Made by a program: the position numbers and the translations under genes. A stretch of DNA of 64,000 nt from an uncultured delta proteobacterium (GTDB taxonomy: Bacteria > Myxococcota_A > Polyangia > Polyangiales > Polyangiaceae), in the NCBI GenBank assembly GCA_963850305.1, contig CAWKKR010000008.1, forward strand, positions 192,001 through 256,000, read 5' to 3'. Each line of letters opens with the position of its first letter. Positions within the stretch are counted from its first letter, which is position 1. Below the pieces are notes generated by a model. The model searched no databases. It had not been told where the DNA came from and saw only the letters and a program-made list of their open reading frames with translations. Of the stretch, positions 18,091 through 29,084 are shown one piece after another.

Positions 18091-20005
18091 ATGGGCAAGA
18101 TCATCGGCATCGACTTGGGCACGACGAATAGCGTCGTCGCGGTGATGGAAGGGAAGGACCCGAAGGTCATCGTGAACGAGGAGGGAGCGCGCCTGACGCC
18201 GTCGGTCGTTGCTTGGGACGACAAGGGAGAGATTCTCGTCGGCACCATCGCGAAGCGTCAGGCGGTGACTAATCCCGAGAACACCGTTTACTCCTCGAAG
18301 CGCTTCATCGGACGAAGGTACGAGGAGGTGACTCAAGAGGCGGAGCGCGTTCCGTTCAAGGTCACCAAGGGCAAGAACGGAGACGCATGGATTTCCGCGC
18401 GCGGGAAGGAGATGGCTCCGCCCGAGGTGAGCGCCAAGGTCCTCCTGAAACTGAAGAAAGCGGCGGAGGACTATCTGGGTGAAGAAGTGAAGGAGGCGGT
18501 CATCACGGTTCCCGCCTACTTCAACGACGCGCAACGCCAGGCGACGAAGGACGCCGGGCAAGCATCGCCGGCCTCGACGTGAAGCGCATCATCAACGAGC
18601 CGACGGCGGCGGCGCTCGCGTACGGTCTCGACAAGAAGAGCAACGAGGTCATCGCCGTCTACGACTTCGGCGGAGGCACGTTCGACATTTCGATCCTCGA
18701 GGTAGGCGACAACGTCGTGCAGGTCATCTCGACCAACGGCGACACGCACCTCGGCGGCGACGACGTGGACATTCTCATCATGGACTATCTGATCCGGCGA
18801 ATTCCGGAAGGACACGGGCATCGACGTCGGCAAGGACAAGATGGTCATCCAGCGCCTGAAGGATGCCGCAGAACAGGCGAAAATCGAGCTCTCGAGCAAG
18901 CAGGAGACGACGATCAATCTGCCGTTCCTCACCGCGGACGCGAGCGGCCCGAAGCACCTGCAGAAGACGCTCACGCGCGCGAAGCTGGAGCAGATGATCC
19001 GGCCGCTCATCGACCGCACGATGGAACCCGTGAAGAAGGCGCTCGCGGATGCGAAGAAGTCGCCGAGCAACATCGACGAGGTCGTCCTCGTCGGCGGCTC
19101 GACGCGCATCCCGCTCGTGCAAGAGACGGTCATCAAGTTCTTCGGAAAAGAGCCGCACAAGGGCGTGAACCCGGACGAAGTGGTGGCGGTCGGCGCGGCC
19201 GTCCAGGGCGGCGTGCTCTCCGGCGACGTGAAGGACGTCGTCCTGCTGGACGTGACGCCGCTCTCGCTGGGCGTGGAGACGCTAGGTGGCGTCATGACGG
19301 TCATGATCCCGCGCAACACGACGATCCCGACGCAGAAGAAGGAGATCTACTCGACGGCAAGCGACAGCCAGCCGTCGGTCGAGATCCACGTGCTGCAGGG
19401 AGAGCGTGCCGAGGCGCGCTACAACCGGACGCTCGGGCGCTTCCATCTCGACGGACTTCCGCCCGCTCCGCGCGGCATCCCCAAGGTGGAAGTGACATTC
19501 GACATCGACGCGAACGGCATTTTGTCGGTCGCCGCCAAGGACATCGCGACGGGCAAGGACCAGCGCATCACGATCACGGCGAACAGCGGTCTCCAGGAGA
19601 AGGAGATCGAGCGCATGGTGAAGGAAGCGCAGGAGCACGAGGAAGAGGACAAGCGTCGGCGCGAGGAAGTGGAACGCCGGAACAAGCTCGACAACCTTTG
19701 CTACCAGCTCGAAAAGCAGATCGCCGACAACAAGGACAAGCTCTCCGGCGTCGATCTGGGCAGCGTCGAAGCGCTCATCAAGGAGGGCCGCGAAGCCCTC
19801 GAGAAGCAAGACGACGCAAAGGTCGGCAGCGTGCTCGAACGGCTCGAGAAGGAGGCCCACACGATGGCCTCGAAGCTTTACGAGCAATCGGGCGGACCGC
19901 CGCCGGGCGCCGGGGGCGCGGCTCCCGGGGGGCGACCGACGGATGCGGGCTGGCGGCAAGAAGAAGGGTGACGTGATCGACGCCGAGTTCGAAGAAGGCG
20001 CGTAA
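18091..20005 (+). CDS. dnaK: Chaperone DnaK (Hsp70), interrupted by frameshifts near 18555-18562, 18796 and 19925-19955
   Basis: [59 protein letters not shown] and C-terminal [14 protein letters not shown] are split across frames. Confidence 0.92.
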
Positions 20006-20235
20006 GCGAGCGGCGCTTGCTTCGAGCACGGGGGCATCTGCGCGCTCTCGCTCCTCGCCGTACTTCCCCGTACGGCTCCGGGGCTCACCCGCGCAGCTAC
20101 CCCCGCGGTCTTCGCAATCGCCGCTCCCTTCGTCGGTGACTCCTTCGTCCACCGCCGCTTCGGCGCCCTCTCGCTCCTCGCCGCCTTCGCGATCACCGGC
20201 CCGCCACCTCGCCTGACGGCGCTATAGTCGCGTCG

Positions 20236-21414
20236 ATGCGGTCGGCGGGTTGCGTCGTGGTGGGGGGCGGACCGTCAGGGATCGCCACGGCCTTGTTTCT
20301 GGCGAGCGCCGCGCCGGAGTTGCGAGAACGCATCGTGGTGCTCGAAAAGGAGCGGTACCCGCGGGAGAAGATCTGCGCGGGCGCCGTGGGACGCCGCGCC
20401 GATAGGTTGCTCGCGACGATCGGCGTGATGGTGAACGTGCCGCACGTGCCGATCTCCGGCCTTGCCGTGCGCGCGCTCGGCGAGAGGCGGGTCGTGCGCG
20501 ACGAGGTGGGTGGGCGCGTGGTGCGGCGCGCGGAATTCGATCATGCACTGGCCGCGAGCGCCGTGCGCCGCGGCATCGAAGTGCGCGATGGCGTCAGGGT
20601 GACGGCCCTCACCCCCGTCCCCGACGGATGGCTCGTCGGTACGAGCGCAGGAGAGTTGCGGGCGGACATCGTCGTGGGCGCCGACGGCGCGGGGAGCTTC
20701 GTCCGCAGGGCGGTACGGTTACCTGCGAGCCGGTACCTCGGACAGGCGGTGGAAGTGGACACCGAGCCCGTTGCGGGCGACTTCCAGCGCGACCTCCTCG
20801 CGTTCGATCTGACGCGTCGCGATCTGCCCGGTTACTTCTGGGATTTTCCGACGATCGTCGGCAGCCGAAAGCTCGTGTGCCGCGGCGTGTACGTCGTGAA
20901 GCAACGCGGTGAGATCACGCCCGAGATCGATCACGTGCTCGCCGAGGAGCTCGCCGCGCGGGGGCTCGTCCTCTCGCATTATCGCAAGCGGCGATATGCG
21001 GAACGCGGCTTCCATCCCGGTTCCACCATCGCGCGCCGCCGCGTGCTCCTCGTCGGTGAAGCCGCAGGCATCGATCCGGTCACGGGCGAGGGCATCGCGC
21101 AGTGCATCCAGTACGGGGCCGTCGCCGGAACGTACCTGGCGCGAAAGCTACGCTCGAAAGACGTCGACTTCGCCGACTGGGCAGCGACCGTCAGACGAGG
21201 TGCGGTCGGAAGGGACCTCGGGGTTCGCTCGCGTCTCGTCGGGCTGGCGTACGGACGGCACCGCGCCGAGGTCGAGCGCTTCCTGTTCGAGAACCCCGAC
21301 TTTCTCAGGCTTGGCTTCAGGCATTTCGGAGGCCTCACGTTGCCTCGAAGTGCGGTGGCACGTGTCGCGACGACGGCCGCCCTCCGAGTCGCTCGCGCCC
21401 TCGCTTTCGAATAG
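20236..21414 (+). CDS. FAD-dependent oxidoreductase, geranylgeranyl reductase-like
   Basis: VVGGGPSG, YPREKICAG, VGADG, LLVGEAAGIDPVTGEGI. Confidence 0.85.
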   Translation: MRSAGCVVVGGGPSGIATALFLASAAPELRERIVVLEKERYPREKICAGAVGRRADRLLATIGVMVNVPHVPISGLAVRALGERRVVRDEVGGRVVRRAEFDHALAASAVRRGIEVRDGVRVTALTPVPDGWLVGTSAGELRADIVVGADGAGSFVRRAVRLPASRYLGQAVEVDTEPVAGDFQRDLLAFDLTRRDLPGYFWDFPTIVGSRKLVCRGVYVVKQRGEITPEIDHVLAEELAARGLVLSHYRKRRYAERGFHPGSTIARRRVLLVGEAAGIDPVTGEGIAQCIQYGAVAGTYLARKLRSKDVDFADWAATVRRGAVGRDLGVRSRLVGLAYGRHRAEVERFLFENPDFLRLGFRHFGGLTLPRSAVARVATTAALRVARALAFE

Positions 21415-21459
21415 CAACGCCTCTTCAACCCGAGCTGAGGGCGGGCTACGGTGACCGGC

Positions 21460-23355
21460 ATGTCGATAACTCGGTTCGTTGGAGCTGCGTGCGCCTTGCT
21501 GAGTACCCTCTCCGGATGCGGAGGGTCGAAGCCCGAGCCAGTGGCCGTTCCCGCGGCGCAGCCCCCCGCCGCTCCGGCACCAGCCCCCATCGTTGCGCTG
21601 GAGCCCGCGACCGCACCTCCCGGCCTCTTTGCAATCGGACGCATCACGGACGCTTCGAAGCTCGCGGACACGGCGATCCTGTGGTCCGGGCTTCCCACGA
21701 ACTGGAGAGACCTCCTCACAAAAGAAGTTCCTGGGTTCGATCGCATTGCGGCGCTGGGTGCCCCGATCGACTTTGCCGCCGCGCTCGACCCGGCGTCCGA
21801 AGCGCCGCGAGTCTTTCGCGCGTTCGCATTCGGAGTCGGATCAGTGGATGCGGCAGCATCGTTCTTTCGCGGACAGGGGTATCACGTTGCTGCGGACTCC
21901 GGCGGCTACCGGATCGAGAACGGGACGCTCGCGTGCCTCGATGTCCCCGCGCTCGGCGCGTCACCGGCACGAGTCGTGTGTTCCGACGAAGCCGATGGTG
22001 TGAACGCGCTTGCTCCATACATGGCGCGCGGCCTGCCATCCGAGTCTTTCGGGGCGTCCGAGGTGCACATCCACGTCCTCGCAGCGCCGTTTCGAAAGCG
22101 GTACTCGACGCAGCTCATGCTCCTCCGGACGATGGGCGTCAGCGTCGCGCTCCGCGAGCTCTCGCTCGATTATCCGAAATTCGATCGCGCGCTCAGCGAC
22201 GTTCTTTACCCGCTCGCCGACGAGCTCATCGCACTCGGGGCAGACATCGATCGTCTCGACCTCGACATGACCCTGACGCCGAATTCGGACGCGCTCGATA
22301 CGAACTTCGTCTTCGCTCTCGACGGCCAGCAGTCGTTCACCGGGCAGGCCCTGGCGCGATCCGCCGGAAAGGGCGGACCCGCCCCGGACATTTTCTGGAG
22401 GCTTCCTGGTGATGCCACGGGGGCGACGTACTCCGCCTATTCCGACGGCGCTCGTCTTCGAGGGATCGCCTCGTCGCTTCGGGCGCTCCTCGTGGGCTGG
22501 CTCGATTACGAGCAGCTTTCGGACGTGCGCCAGGCCGCGCTGGGACAGGCCTTCGAGGATATGCTGACGCTCGACGCCCATAGCGCCTACGCAACCCTGC
22601 CGATCCTCCCATCGAATGTGACGGGGTCGACGAGCCCGGCCGATCGCATGCGGCAAACCATTCAGGCCTCGCTCAGCGGGGGCCTCTTCATCGTCGATCG
22701 AAACGGGGATCGCTTCACTCGATTCGCGTCGGAGCTCGTGAAGTCGCTCGACGACAAGGGCTTCCGAGCTCACCTAGTGAAATCGAAGCTCGTCCGCGCG
22801 GAACAGATTCCGACCGCCCGGGAGCGCGGGCCCAGGCTGGCCAAAGGGCTGCCGAGCGGAACGAAGGTCTTCGAGTTCACCCTGCCGGGCGACGCCTTCG
22901 GGGAGACCGACGCCCTCGAGGCGCCGTCGAAGGGAAAGAAGCGCGCAGCCGCGCAGCCGCTCTCGGTCTTCTTCGTCGCGGTCCCCGACGGTTCGTCGAC
23001 CTGGTTCGGATACAGCACGGACGAGAAGGCCATCGAGGACAGACTCGCGGGTCTCCGTGCCGGAACTGCCAGTCGCCTCGACAAGCGCGACGGCCTGGCT
23101 TCTCTCAGGTCGGACACGGCGCTGACCGCCGGGTTCTCCACGCTCGAAGCACTGTCGGCCAGCCTCGCCGCAGCCGGCGATTTCGGCATGGACGCCTTTT
23201 CGCATCTTCCCCATCACGGCGAGACTCCGATGCTCTGGCACACCACGAGCGACGCGCGAGGGCCGCGAGCGACGTGGACCGGACGCATTCCGAAGGAAGT
23301 CGTCCAGGATGCCGTGGCGCTCGCCGCCACTGCCGCCACTCACCTCGGTAAGTAA
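21460..23355 (+). CDS. Large lipoprotein of unknown function
   Basis: Lipobox TLSGC-GG, Pro/Ala linker, ~600 aa globular region. Confidence 0.75.
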   Translation: MSITRFVGAACALLSTLSGCGGSKPEPVAVPAAQPPAAPAPAPIVALEPATAPPGLFAIGRITDASKLADTAILWSGLPTNWRDLLTKEVPGFDRIAALGAPIDFAAALDPASEAPRVFRAFAFGVGSVDAAASFFRGQGYHVAADSGGYRIENGTLACLDVPALGASPARVVCSDEADGVNALAPYMARGLPSESFGASEVHIHVLAAPFRKRYSTQLMLLRTMGVSVALRELSLDYPKFDRALSDVLYPLADELIALGADIDRLDLDMTLTPNSDALDTNFVFALDGQQSFTGQALARSAGKGGPAPDIFWRLPGDATGATYSAYSDGARLRGIASSLRALLVGWLDYEQLSDVRQAALGQAFEDMLTLDAHSAYATLPILPSNVTGSTSPADRMRQTIQASLSGGLFIVDRNGDRFTRFASELVKSLDDKGFRAHLVKSKLVRAEQIPTARERGPRLAKGLPSGTKVFEFTLPGDAFGETDALEAPSKGKKRAAAQPLSVFFVAVPDGSSTWFGYSTDEKAIEDRLAGLRAGTASRLDKRDGLASLRSDTALTAGFSTLEALSASLAAAGDFGMDAFSHLPHHGETPMLWHTTSDARGPRATWTGRIPKEVVQDAVALAATAATHLGK

Positions 23356-23408
23356 GTCCCTAAGTGACGAAGTTGGCCGGGTCCTGAGGGACTCGGTACG
23401 AACGACTC

Positions 23409-25220
23409 GTGGTCGTTGAACTGCGGTTCGCACGAGCTCTCGCGGTCATTCTGATGCTGCTCGCCGTCGCGCGGCCGGCTCGAGCCTGGGTGGAGCGCGC
23501 CGTCAAGAGCGACTCCGCCACCGTGGACGTCGATCGCGACGGGTCTGCCGTCGTGACGCACGAAATCCTGCTGTGGGTGCGCGGCGGACCGCTCCCCGAA
23601 ATCACGGTGGCCCCCATCGACGCGGACGCGGAAATGATGGATGGCGCGACCGCGGTCCGTGCGGAGAGCGGTCGCGCTGCCGGGTTTCCGGTACCCCTGT
23701 CTCCGACCAGGCAAGACACGCAGCTCGAGCTCCACGTCCTAGGAGAGAAAGGCCTTCGAAGCGGGACGTATCTGATCCGCTTTTCGTATCGAACCCATCT
23801 TTCGACCGGGGATCACGTGCACACGACGCCTTCGGGGACGATTCTCGAGTGGCGCGGACCGAGCTTCGACGACGGTATCGACTCGGAGCGGGTGGTGTTC
23901 CGCGTTCCCCCCGGGAACGTTCCGTTGCGACTTCCGTCGACGGCCGGCGGCGACGAGACGCTGGCGGACGACGCGCGCGGCGTGTTCCTGAGCTCCTACC
24001 GCCGCACCTCGGACAAGGACGAGCTCGAAGTAGTCCGGCCTCACGTCGCGAAGGGCGAGATTGTCTCCTGGCGCGTCGCCGTGGACGCGTCCGCCCTGGA
24101 CATCGCGGCGCCGCCCGGAGCGGCGGAGCCCGCGCCAGTCCACCCGGCATCGGTGATCCAACCAGCCCCGAGGTCCAGACCGTCGCCGGTTCCCTATGTC
24201 GTCGCCGGGCTTCTCGGGATTTTGTTTGGTGGCGCGGTTTTGAAGAAGGCACTCTCGATTGCCTCGGCATGTCGTGAGCGTCGCGCCACGCCGCGATCGC
24301 TGGTGCTGCTCGCTCCGGCGTTCCGCGCGGTCCTCGGTGCCACCGGGATCCTCTCCGCGACCGCCATGGTCCTGTCGAGCGCGCCGCCGATCCTCGCCGC
24401 GGTGAGTCTCTTCGTGGCCATTGCCGCAGCGATAGAGCTGCCGCCGCGAGCGATCGCGCCGCTGCGAGGTCCAGGCAAGTGGGTTCGTCTGTCGCCGGAG
24501 AGCGCGTTCGACGACACCGGGAAGGCCCCGATGTCGGGCTTCCTGGACGCGGGCACGTGGCTCGGGTTCGTGCTGTTCCTGGCGTTACTCGCCGGATTCG
24601 TGGCGACCGCGATCGTGGTCATGCGTCACTCCGACTATTACGGACTGTCCGTCGCGCTCGCATCGTCGCTCCTGTTTCCGATCTTCTGCACCGGCAGAGT
24701 GTCCGATCTGCCGCAGGATCCGGCCCGAGCTCCCGCAGATCTGCTGGAGTTCCTGGACGAGACCCTCGCCAGGGATGCGAGACTGACCAGCCACCCCCTA
24801 GGCCGCGTACCGCACGGCGGCGACGATCATGACGAGCTGCGATTGTTCGTGGCGCCGAGGCGCCCGCTGGCCGGCTTCGTTGCGATCGAGGTCGGCCTCG
24901 ACGCGCACCAGGGGGCGCTCGGACTGCTGCCGCTCCCCTTCATCCTCGTGCGCGTGAGCGATGGCTCGCCCGCGGCGGACGCGTTGCCCAAGGGCCTCCT
25001 GTGGACTCGCGGGCGCAACGCCGACGAGCGGGTCGCGGTCCTGCGACCGAAATTGCCGACGCGGCGATTGACGGCGCGGCTCGTGTCCGAGATCGGAAGC
25101 CGGCTCGCGATCGTGAAGCCCGTCCGAGTTCACTCGCCGAGTAGCGCGCCGAGATCCTCCGGTAAAGGATCCGTCACGGCAAACCCGGCAACGGCGTCGT
25201 CCCCCGTCCACGCCACGTAG
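23409..25220 (+). CDS. Membrane protein with an N-terminal exported domain (DUF2207-like) and about 5 TM helices
   Basis: Signal peptide ending ARPARA, beta-rich domain (VDVDRDGSAVVTHEI), hydrophobic helices. Confidence 0.65.
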   Translation: MVVELRFARALAVILMLLAVARPARAWVERAVKSDSATVDVDRDGSAVVTHEILLWVRGGPLPEITVAPIDADAEMMDGATAVRAESGRAAGFPVPLSPTRQDTQLELHVLGEKGLRSGTYLIRFSYRTHLSTGDHVHTTPSGTILEWRGPSFDDGIDSERVVFRVPPGNVPLRLPSTAGGDETLADDARGVFLSSYRRTSDKDELEVVRPHVAKGEIVSWRVAVDASALDIAAPPGAAEPAPVHPASVIQPAPRSRPSPVPYVVAGLLGILFGGAVLKKALSIASACRERRATPRSLVLLAPAFRAVLGATGILSATAMVLSSAPPILAAVSLFVAIAAAIELPPRAIAPLRGPGKWVRLSPESAFDDTGKAPMSGFLDAGTWLGFVLFLALLAGFVATAIVVMRHSDYYGLSVALASSLLFPIFCTGRVSDLPQDPARAPADLLEFLDETLARDARLTSHPLGRVPHGGDDHDELRLFVAPRRPLAGFVAIEVGLDAHQGALGLLPLPFILVRVSDGSPAADALPKGLLWTRGRNADERVAVLRPKLPTRRLTARLVSEIGSRLAIVKPVRVHSPSSAPRSSGKGSVTANPATASSPVHAT

Positions 25221-26047
25221 CTTGCGTGCAGCGCGTGGCGCGCGCCAAGGGCCGGCACGGCCGGGCCTCCGTAGAGCGCGTCCCCCGCGATGGGGTGCCC
25301 GGCGTGCGCCAGGTGCGCTCGCACCTGATGCCGGTAAGCATGATTCAGCTCGATCTCGACGAGCGCCCAGCCATTCCGGCGAAGGCCGGTCCGGAATCGC
25401 GTCGGGGCGCCGCGCGAAGCCATCGCCGCTACGACGCGCACGAGACGCGGATCCTCGGGGTGCGGCTCGAGCGCGGTGTCGATGACGCCCTCGTCTTCGA
25501 GCGCGCGATCCTGGACGATCGCGAGATAACGTTTCGTGATGTCGCCCCGCGACAGGGCGGCGCGGAGACGCACAAACGCGTCCGCGTCGCGCGCCGCGAC
25601 GATGAGGCCGGACGTTTGTGTATCGAGACGGTGAATCAACCCGGGCTCACGCGCGCGATACCCTACACCGTCCATCTCCGGGTAGCGCCCGAGCAAGGCG
25701 GCGGCGAACGTACCCTCCTCTCCGAAGCGCAGGGGAACGGCGGGCTGCCCAGCGGGCTTCCGCGCGACGATCACCCTCGGCGCTTCGAGCCGAACATCGA
25801 TCGGCGCGAGCGGCTCCCCACGGATGGGCGTCGCGTCGGCGCCGAGCGAGATCTCGCTGCCGGAACGCGCACGGTCGCCTTTGAGAGCGCGCCGTCCGTC
25901 CGCACGCACGACTCCTCGCTCGAAGAGCGCCGAGATCGCGCGGCGGCCCAGAGTCTTGGCGCGCCGACCGACGACCTTGTCGAGACGCTCGCCCTGCTCG
26001 TCCGGACCGACGATGAACGTGAGGAACGGCGCGACGCCTTCCGTCAC
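25130..26047 (-). CDS. RluA family pseudouridine synthase with an S4-like N-terminus
   Basis: GERLDK, ARKPAG, LIHRLDTQTSGL, KRYLA, HQVRAHLAHAGHPIAGDALYG, LHA; GTG overlaps the upstream TGA. Confidence 0.9.
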   Translation of the reverse strand: MTEGVAPFLTFIVGPDEQGERLDKVVGRRAKTLGRRAISALFERGVVRADGRRALKGDRARSGSEISLGADATPIRGEPLAPIDVRLEAPRVIVARKPAGQPAVPLRFGEEGTFAAALLGRYPEMDGVGYRAREPGLIHRLDTQTSGLIVAARDADAFVRLRAALSRGDITKRYLAIVQDRALEDEGVIDTALEPHPEDPRLVRVVAAMASRGAPTRFRTGLRRNGWALVEIELNHAYRHQVRAHLAHAGHPIAGDALYGGPAVPALGARHALHASYVAWTGDDAVAGFAVTDPLPEDLGALLGE

Positions 26048-27462
26048 CAAGTTCCGGCGACCCCGGCGCCGGTGACGGGCGTGCTCGTCCCATCCGGCTT
26101 CGTCACGGCGTCGATCACGCCCATCATGGGCACCAGACTCGGCATGCTCCGCGCGCTCTGAGTCTCGCGAACGGACGACGTGGTGAAAACTCCGATGCCC
26201 GCGCCGACGAAGGTGCCGAGCGCGATGCTCGATAGCCAGAGACGATTGCGCGTGGGCCCGACGTTGTCGCCGAACACGAGGGGGCTCGCGACGGCGGCGC
26301 CGGTCAGCGCGCCGAGCCCGGCGCCGAGGTCTATCAGCAGCACCCGTGATGGGGCCTGCGGCGGCGTGAACCGAGCGAGGGCCCCCATGAGTACCACGCC
26401 GGACATGGCGCCGATCCCCAGGCCGCGGGTTGGAGAGACGTCCGTCTGTCCGTGCACGATCAAGTCCGCAACACCGCCAAGCATGGTTCCGAATGCTCCG
26501 CCGGAATGGGTCATCAGTGCTCCGCCCTCGCTCATGTCGCCGAACGTGAGCGCTGTGGTCGCAAGTCCGAGCCCGATGGCACCCGCGGTGGCGCCGTACA
26601 GAAAGCGACGGTCCGCGTCCTCGTGCCGCATCACGAGGAGGGAACCAAAGACGGGCCACCAGATCCCCGCCGACAGGTACCAGGCGTCACCGATGCTCAC
26701 GTCCCATTCATCCGCGAGGATCATGGAGCCGCCCAGACCGATGCCGGTCCCGAGCGCGATGAGCGGGTACGTCAACCGCGGATCGCTGGAACCGCCGGCG
26801 CGCTGCAGCGAGTACCCGACATAGCCGCCGAATGCGGCAGCGTTCAGCGCGAGCACCGCGCGGCCGGGCGAGCGGGTTTCATGGACGACCGTGCCCTCGT
26901 CCGCGCGAGGGGGGAGCGGGGCCGCCGCCTGCGCGGGCGCTCCCGCGGCGCGCACCAGGTCTCGCATCATGAGCACCGTACGAACCTCGAGCTCCGTCGG
27001 CTTGACGTCCTCGCCGCGCACGAAGAGCACGGAGCCGTCGGGCGGGACCGCGACGATCCGTACGGTGAGGTTCGTGTGGTCCATGGCGATGCGCGGCGAG
27101 AAGACCCATCGCGTCTTCGCTTCTTCCACGAGCGCCGCCTCGGACGGCGACGACAGTTTGGGGTCCGGCCGCGCCGAAACGTCGACGGTGAGGCCAAGAT
27201 CCTCGGCTGCGCCGACGACGACACAATCTAGCTGTTGCGCCAGCACCGAAAGCTCGCGTTCGGCCTCCGGATCCGGCTTGTGCAGCGCCGGACACACGAC
27301 GCATTCCGCCACGGGAGTCACCACGGGGAGAACTACCGCGTCGGAATCCTTGGCTTGCACGTTCTTCGCCACGAACAGGGTCGCGACGAGGAGCGCGCCG
27401 TAGCCCAGAGCTGGGGCGTTCCCGGGAACGTTCAAGCTGTTTCGGCGCCTGGTCTTCGCCAT
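26044..27462 (-). CDS. Exported/membrane protein with multiple Gly-rich hydrophobic helices
   Basis: Signal-like N-terminus; repeated GxxxG hydrophobic segments in the C-terminal half. Confidence 0.65.
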   Translation of the reverse strand: MAKTRRRNSLNVPGNAPALGYGALLVATLFVAKNVQAKDSDAVVLPVVTPVAECVVCPALHKPDPEAERELSVLAQQLDCVVVGAAEDLGLTVDVSARPDPKLSSPSEAALVEEAKTRWVFSPRIAMDHTNLTVRIVAVPPDGSVLFVRGEDVKPTELEVRTVLMMRDLVRAAGAPAQAAAPLPPRADEGTVVHETRSPGRAVLALNAAAFGGYVGYSLQRAGGSSDPRLTYPLIALGTGIGLGGSMILADEWDVSIGDAWYLSAGIWWPVFGSLLVMRHEDADRRFLYGATAGAIGLGLATTALTFGDMSEGGALMTHSGGAFGTMLGGVADLIVHGQTDVSPTRGLGIGAMSGVVLMGALARFTPPQAPSRVLLIDLGAGLGALTGAAVASPLVFGDNVGPTRNRLWLSSIALGTFVGAGIGVFTTSSVRETQSARSMPSLVPMMGVIDAVTKPDGTSTPVTGAGVAGTW

Positions 27463-27481
27463 GAGCCGCGCCGGAGCTTCA

Positions 27482-29050
27482 CTAGAACATCACGACGGCG
27501 TTGATCCACGCGTCCCAGATCGTCGAGTCGTCCAGGCGGAAACGGCGGCCTGGCGAGTCGATGACGGCGCGATAGTTTGGATTCGGGATACCGGTCGCCG
27601 TGAAGGCACCCGTGGTAGTGGCGCTGTTCGAGCGGCACGGGCCGGCAGCCCCGACGCTGCTCGCGAAGGCCGGATTGCACGGCTGGTCAAACGTGATGAC
27701 GTGACCCTGTTCCGCGGTGAACGCGCCGCCGACGTTGAACTTCACATACTCACCCGCCTGGAACGTGACCGCCGTGCTGAACGTGTAGATACCGTACTGC
27801 TGCACGTCCGTGATGCCCGTCATGTAGACCTGCTCGGAGCTCGGATTCACGACGGATGGATAGGCGCTGTTCGGTCCCGCCTGGAACGAAGCAAAGTTCG
27901 GCCGCCGCAGCGACGGAGCGTCCGAGCTCCCGAGCGCGTCGAAGAGGGGCGAGTAGTCGCGACCCTCCGAGCGATACGTACCCTTCGCCCGCAGATCGAT
28001 CTGAATCCGCTGATATTGATCGCGGACCTCCCACGGCGTTATCGCCATTCCGCCGACGAGGGTGCCCTGAAACGGCGGGTGATTGACGAGCGAGCCCTGA
28101 AGATCCGTGGCTCCGAAATCGCTGCTGGCATTCTGAAACTCGAACAACGCGACGAAGCCCATGTACGGTTCGATGTACTTGATCCGCTTCGATACGTAGG
28201 TGTGCGCCTCGAGCCCTGTCGTGCCTCGACTCACACCCGGCGAGCGGCCGCCGCTGAAATTCGTTCCCTCGAGCTGCACGGAACCGCCGCTGGGCGTCGG
28301 GACGGCTGCGATGTCTCCCGCCTTGCCGTCGCGGTTGACGTCCGACGGGTACGCGCACTTTTGCTGTGTGCCGGCGATGTTCAGGCCTGCCGCGTTCCCG
28401 CACGCGTGCATCGGCTCCGAGACGCTGAACCGTCCCTCGACGCCCAGGGTCCAGGTCGGCTTCGTCGCGTCACGTGTCTGATTGAACGGGGACGCGTCCA
28501 GGCCGATCGCGAGGTATTCGATGCCGCTCCGGGTCGGTGAGCTGAACGGCAGGGAGAACAACTGCTCCCCGGGCGCGCCGGCCGTCGCCAGCGCCTGGCT
28601 GGCCGGGCCGCCCATTCCGGCGAGCTTCTGATCGTCCGAGAGGATGACCGGGAGCCTCACGATGAGCGCGATGTCCTTGTAGAGCCCGATGTCGGCTCGT
28701 GTGTTCAGCCGGCTGATGCTCTCCGTGTACTTGGCGACACCCAGGTTCGACGCGGTGAAACCACCGCTCGAATACTGCGCCAAGCTGCTCGATGTTTCGC
28801 GATTGATCGTGCCGCTCTTCCAGGACTGCTCGAAGCCGAGCGACAGATGAAGGTCGAATTTGTCGTTATCGTCGAACGCGTCGACGACGTCCGTCACCTC
28901 GGCAGGCTCGTCCATGACGGACGGCTCCGTCACCTTGCGAGGCTCCTCCGCGCGCGCGACCCTGCCGGCGCCCGAAAGCGTCACGAGGGTCGCCAAGGTA
29001 ACGGCGGTGCGCGCCGAAGCAGGGTGTCTCATGCGAGAGTGGGATCTCAT
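27482..29050 (-). CDS. Probable outer-membrane beta-barrel protein
   Basis: Signal peptide ending RVARA, amphipathic strands, C-terminal AWINAVVMF. Confidence 0.65.
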   Translation of the reverse strand: MRSHSRMRHPASARTAVTLATLVTLSGAGRVARAEEPRKVTEPSVMDEPAEVTDVVDAFDDNDKFDLHLSLGFEQSWKSGTINRETSSSLAQYSSGGFTASNLGVAKYTESISRLNTRADIGLYKDIALIVRLPVILSDDQKLAGMGGPASQALATAGAPGEQLFSLPFSSPTRSGIEYLAIGLDASPFNQTRDATKPTWTLGVEGRFSVSEPMHACGNAAGLNIAGTQQKCAYPSDVNRDGKAGDIAAVPTPSGGSVQLEGTNFSGGRSPGVSRGTTGLEAHTYVSKRIKYIEPYMGFVALFEFQNASSDFGATDLQGSLVNHPPFQGTLVGGMAITPWEVRDQYQRIQIDLRAKGTYRSEGRDYSPLFDALGSSDAPSLRRPNFASFQAGPNSAYPSVVNPSSEQVYMTGITDVQQYGIYTFSTAVTFQAGEYVKFNVGGAFTAEQGHVITFDQPCNPAFASSVGAAGPCRSNSATTTGAFTATGIPNPNYRAVIDSPGRRFRLDDSTIWDAWINAVVMF

Positions 29051-29084
29051 CGGACGCTCGGCCCGTAGTAGCCGACGCTACCGG

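Noticed and set aside
25130..25220. Convergent 3' overlaps (also 49762-49828) as antisense regulation
   Set aside because: Such overlaps are common in high-GC genomes because stop codons are scarce; there is no further support.
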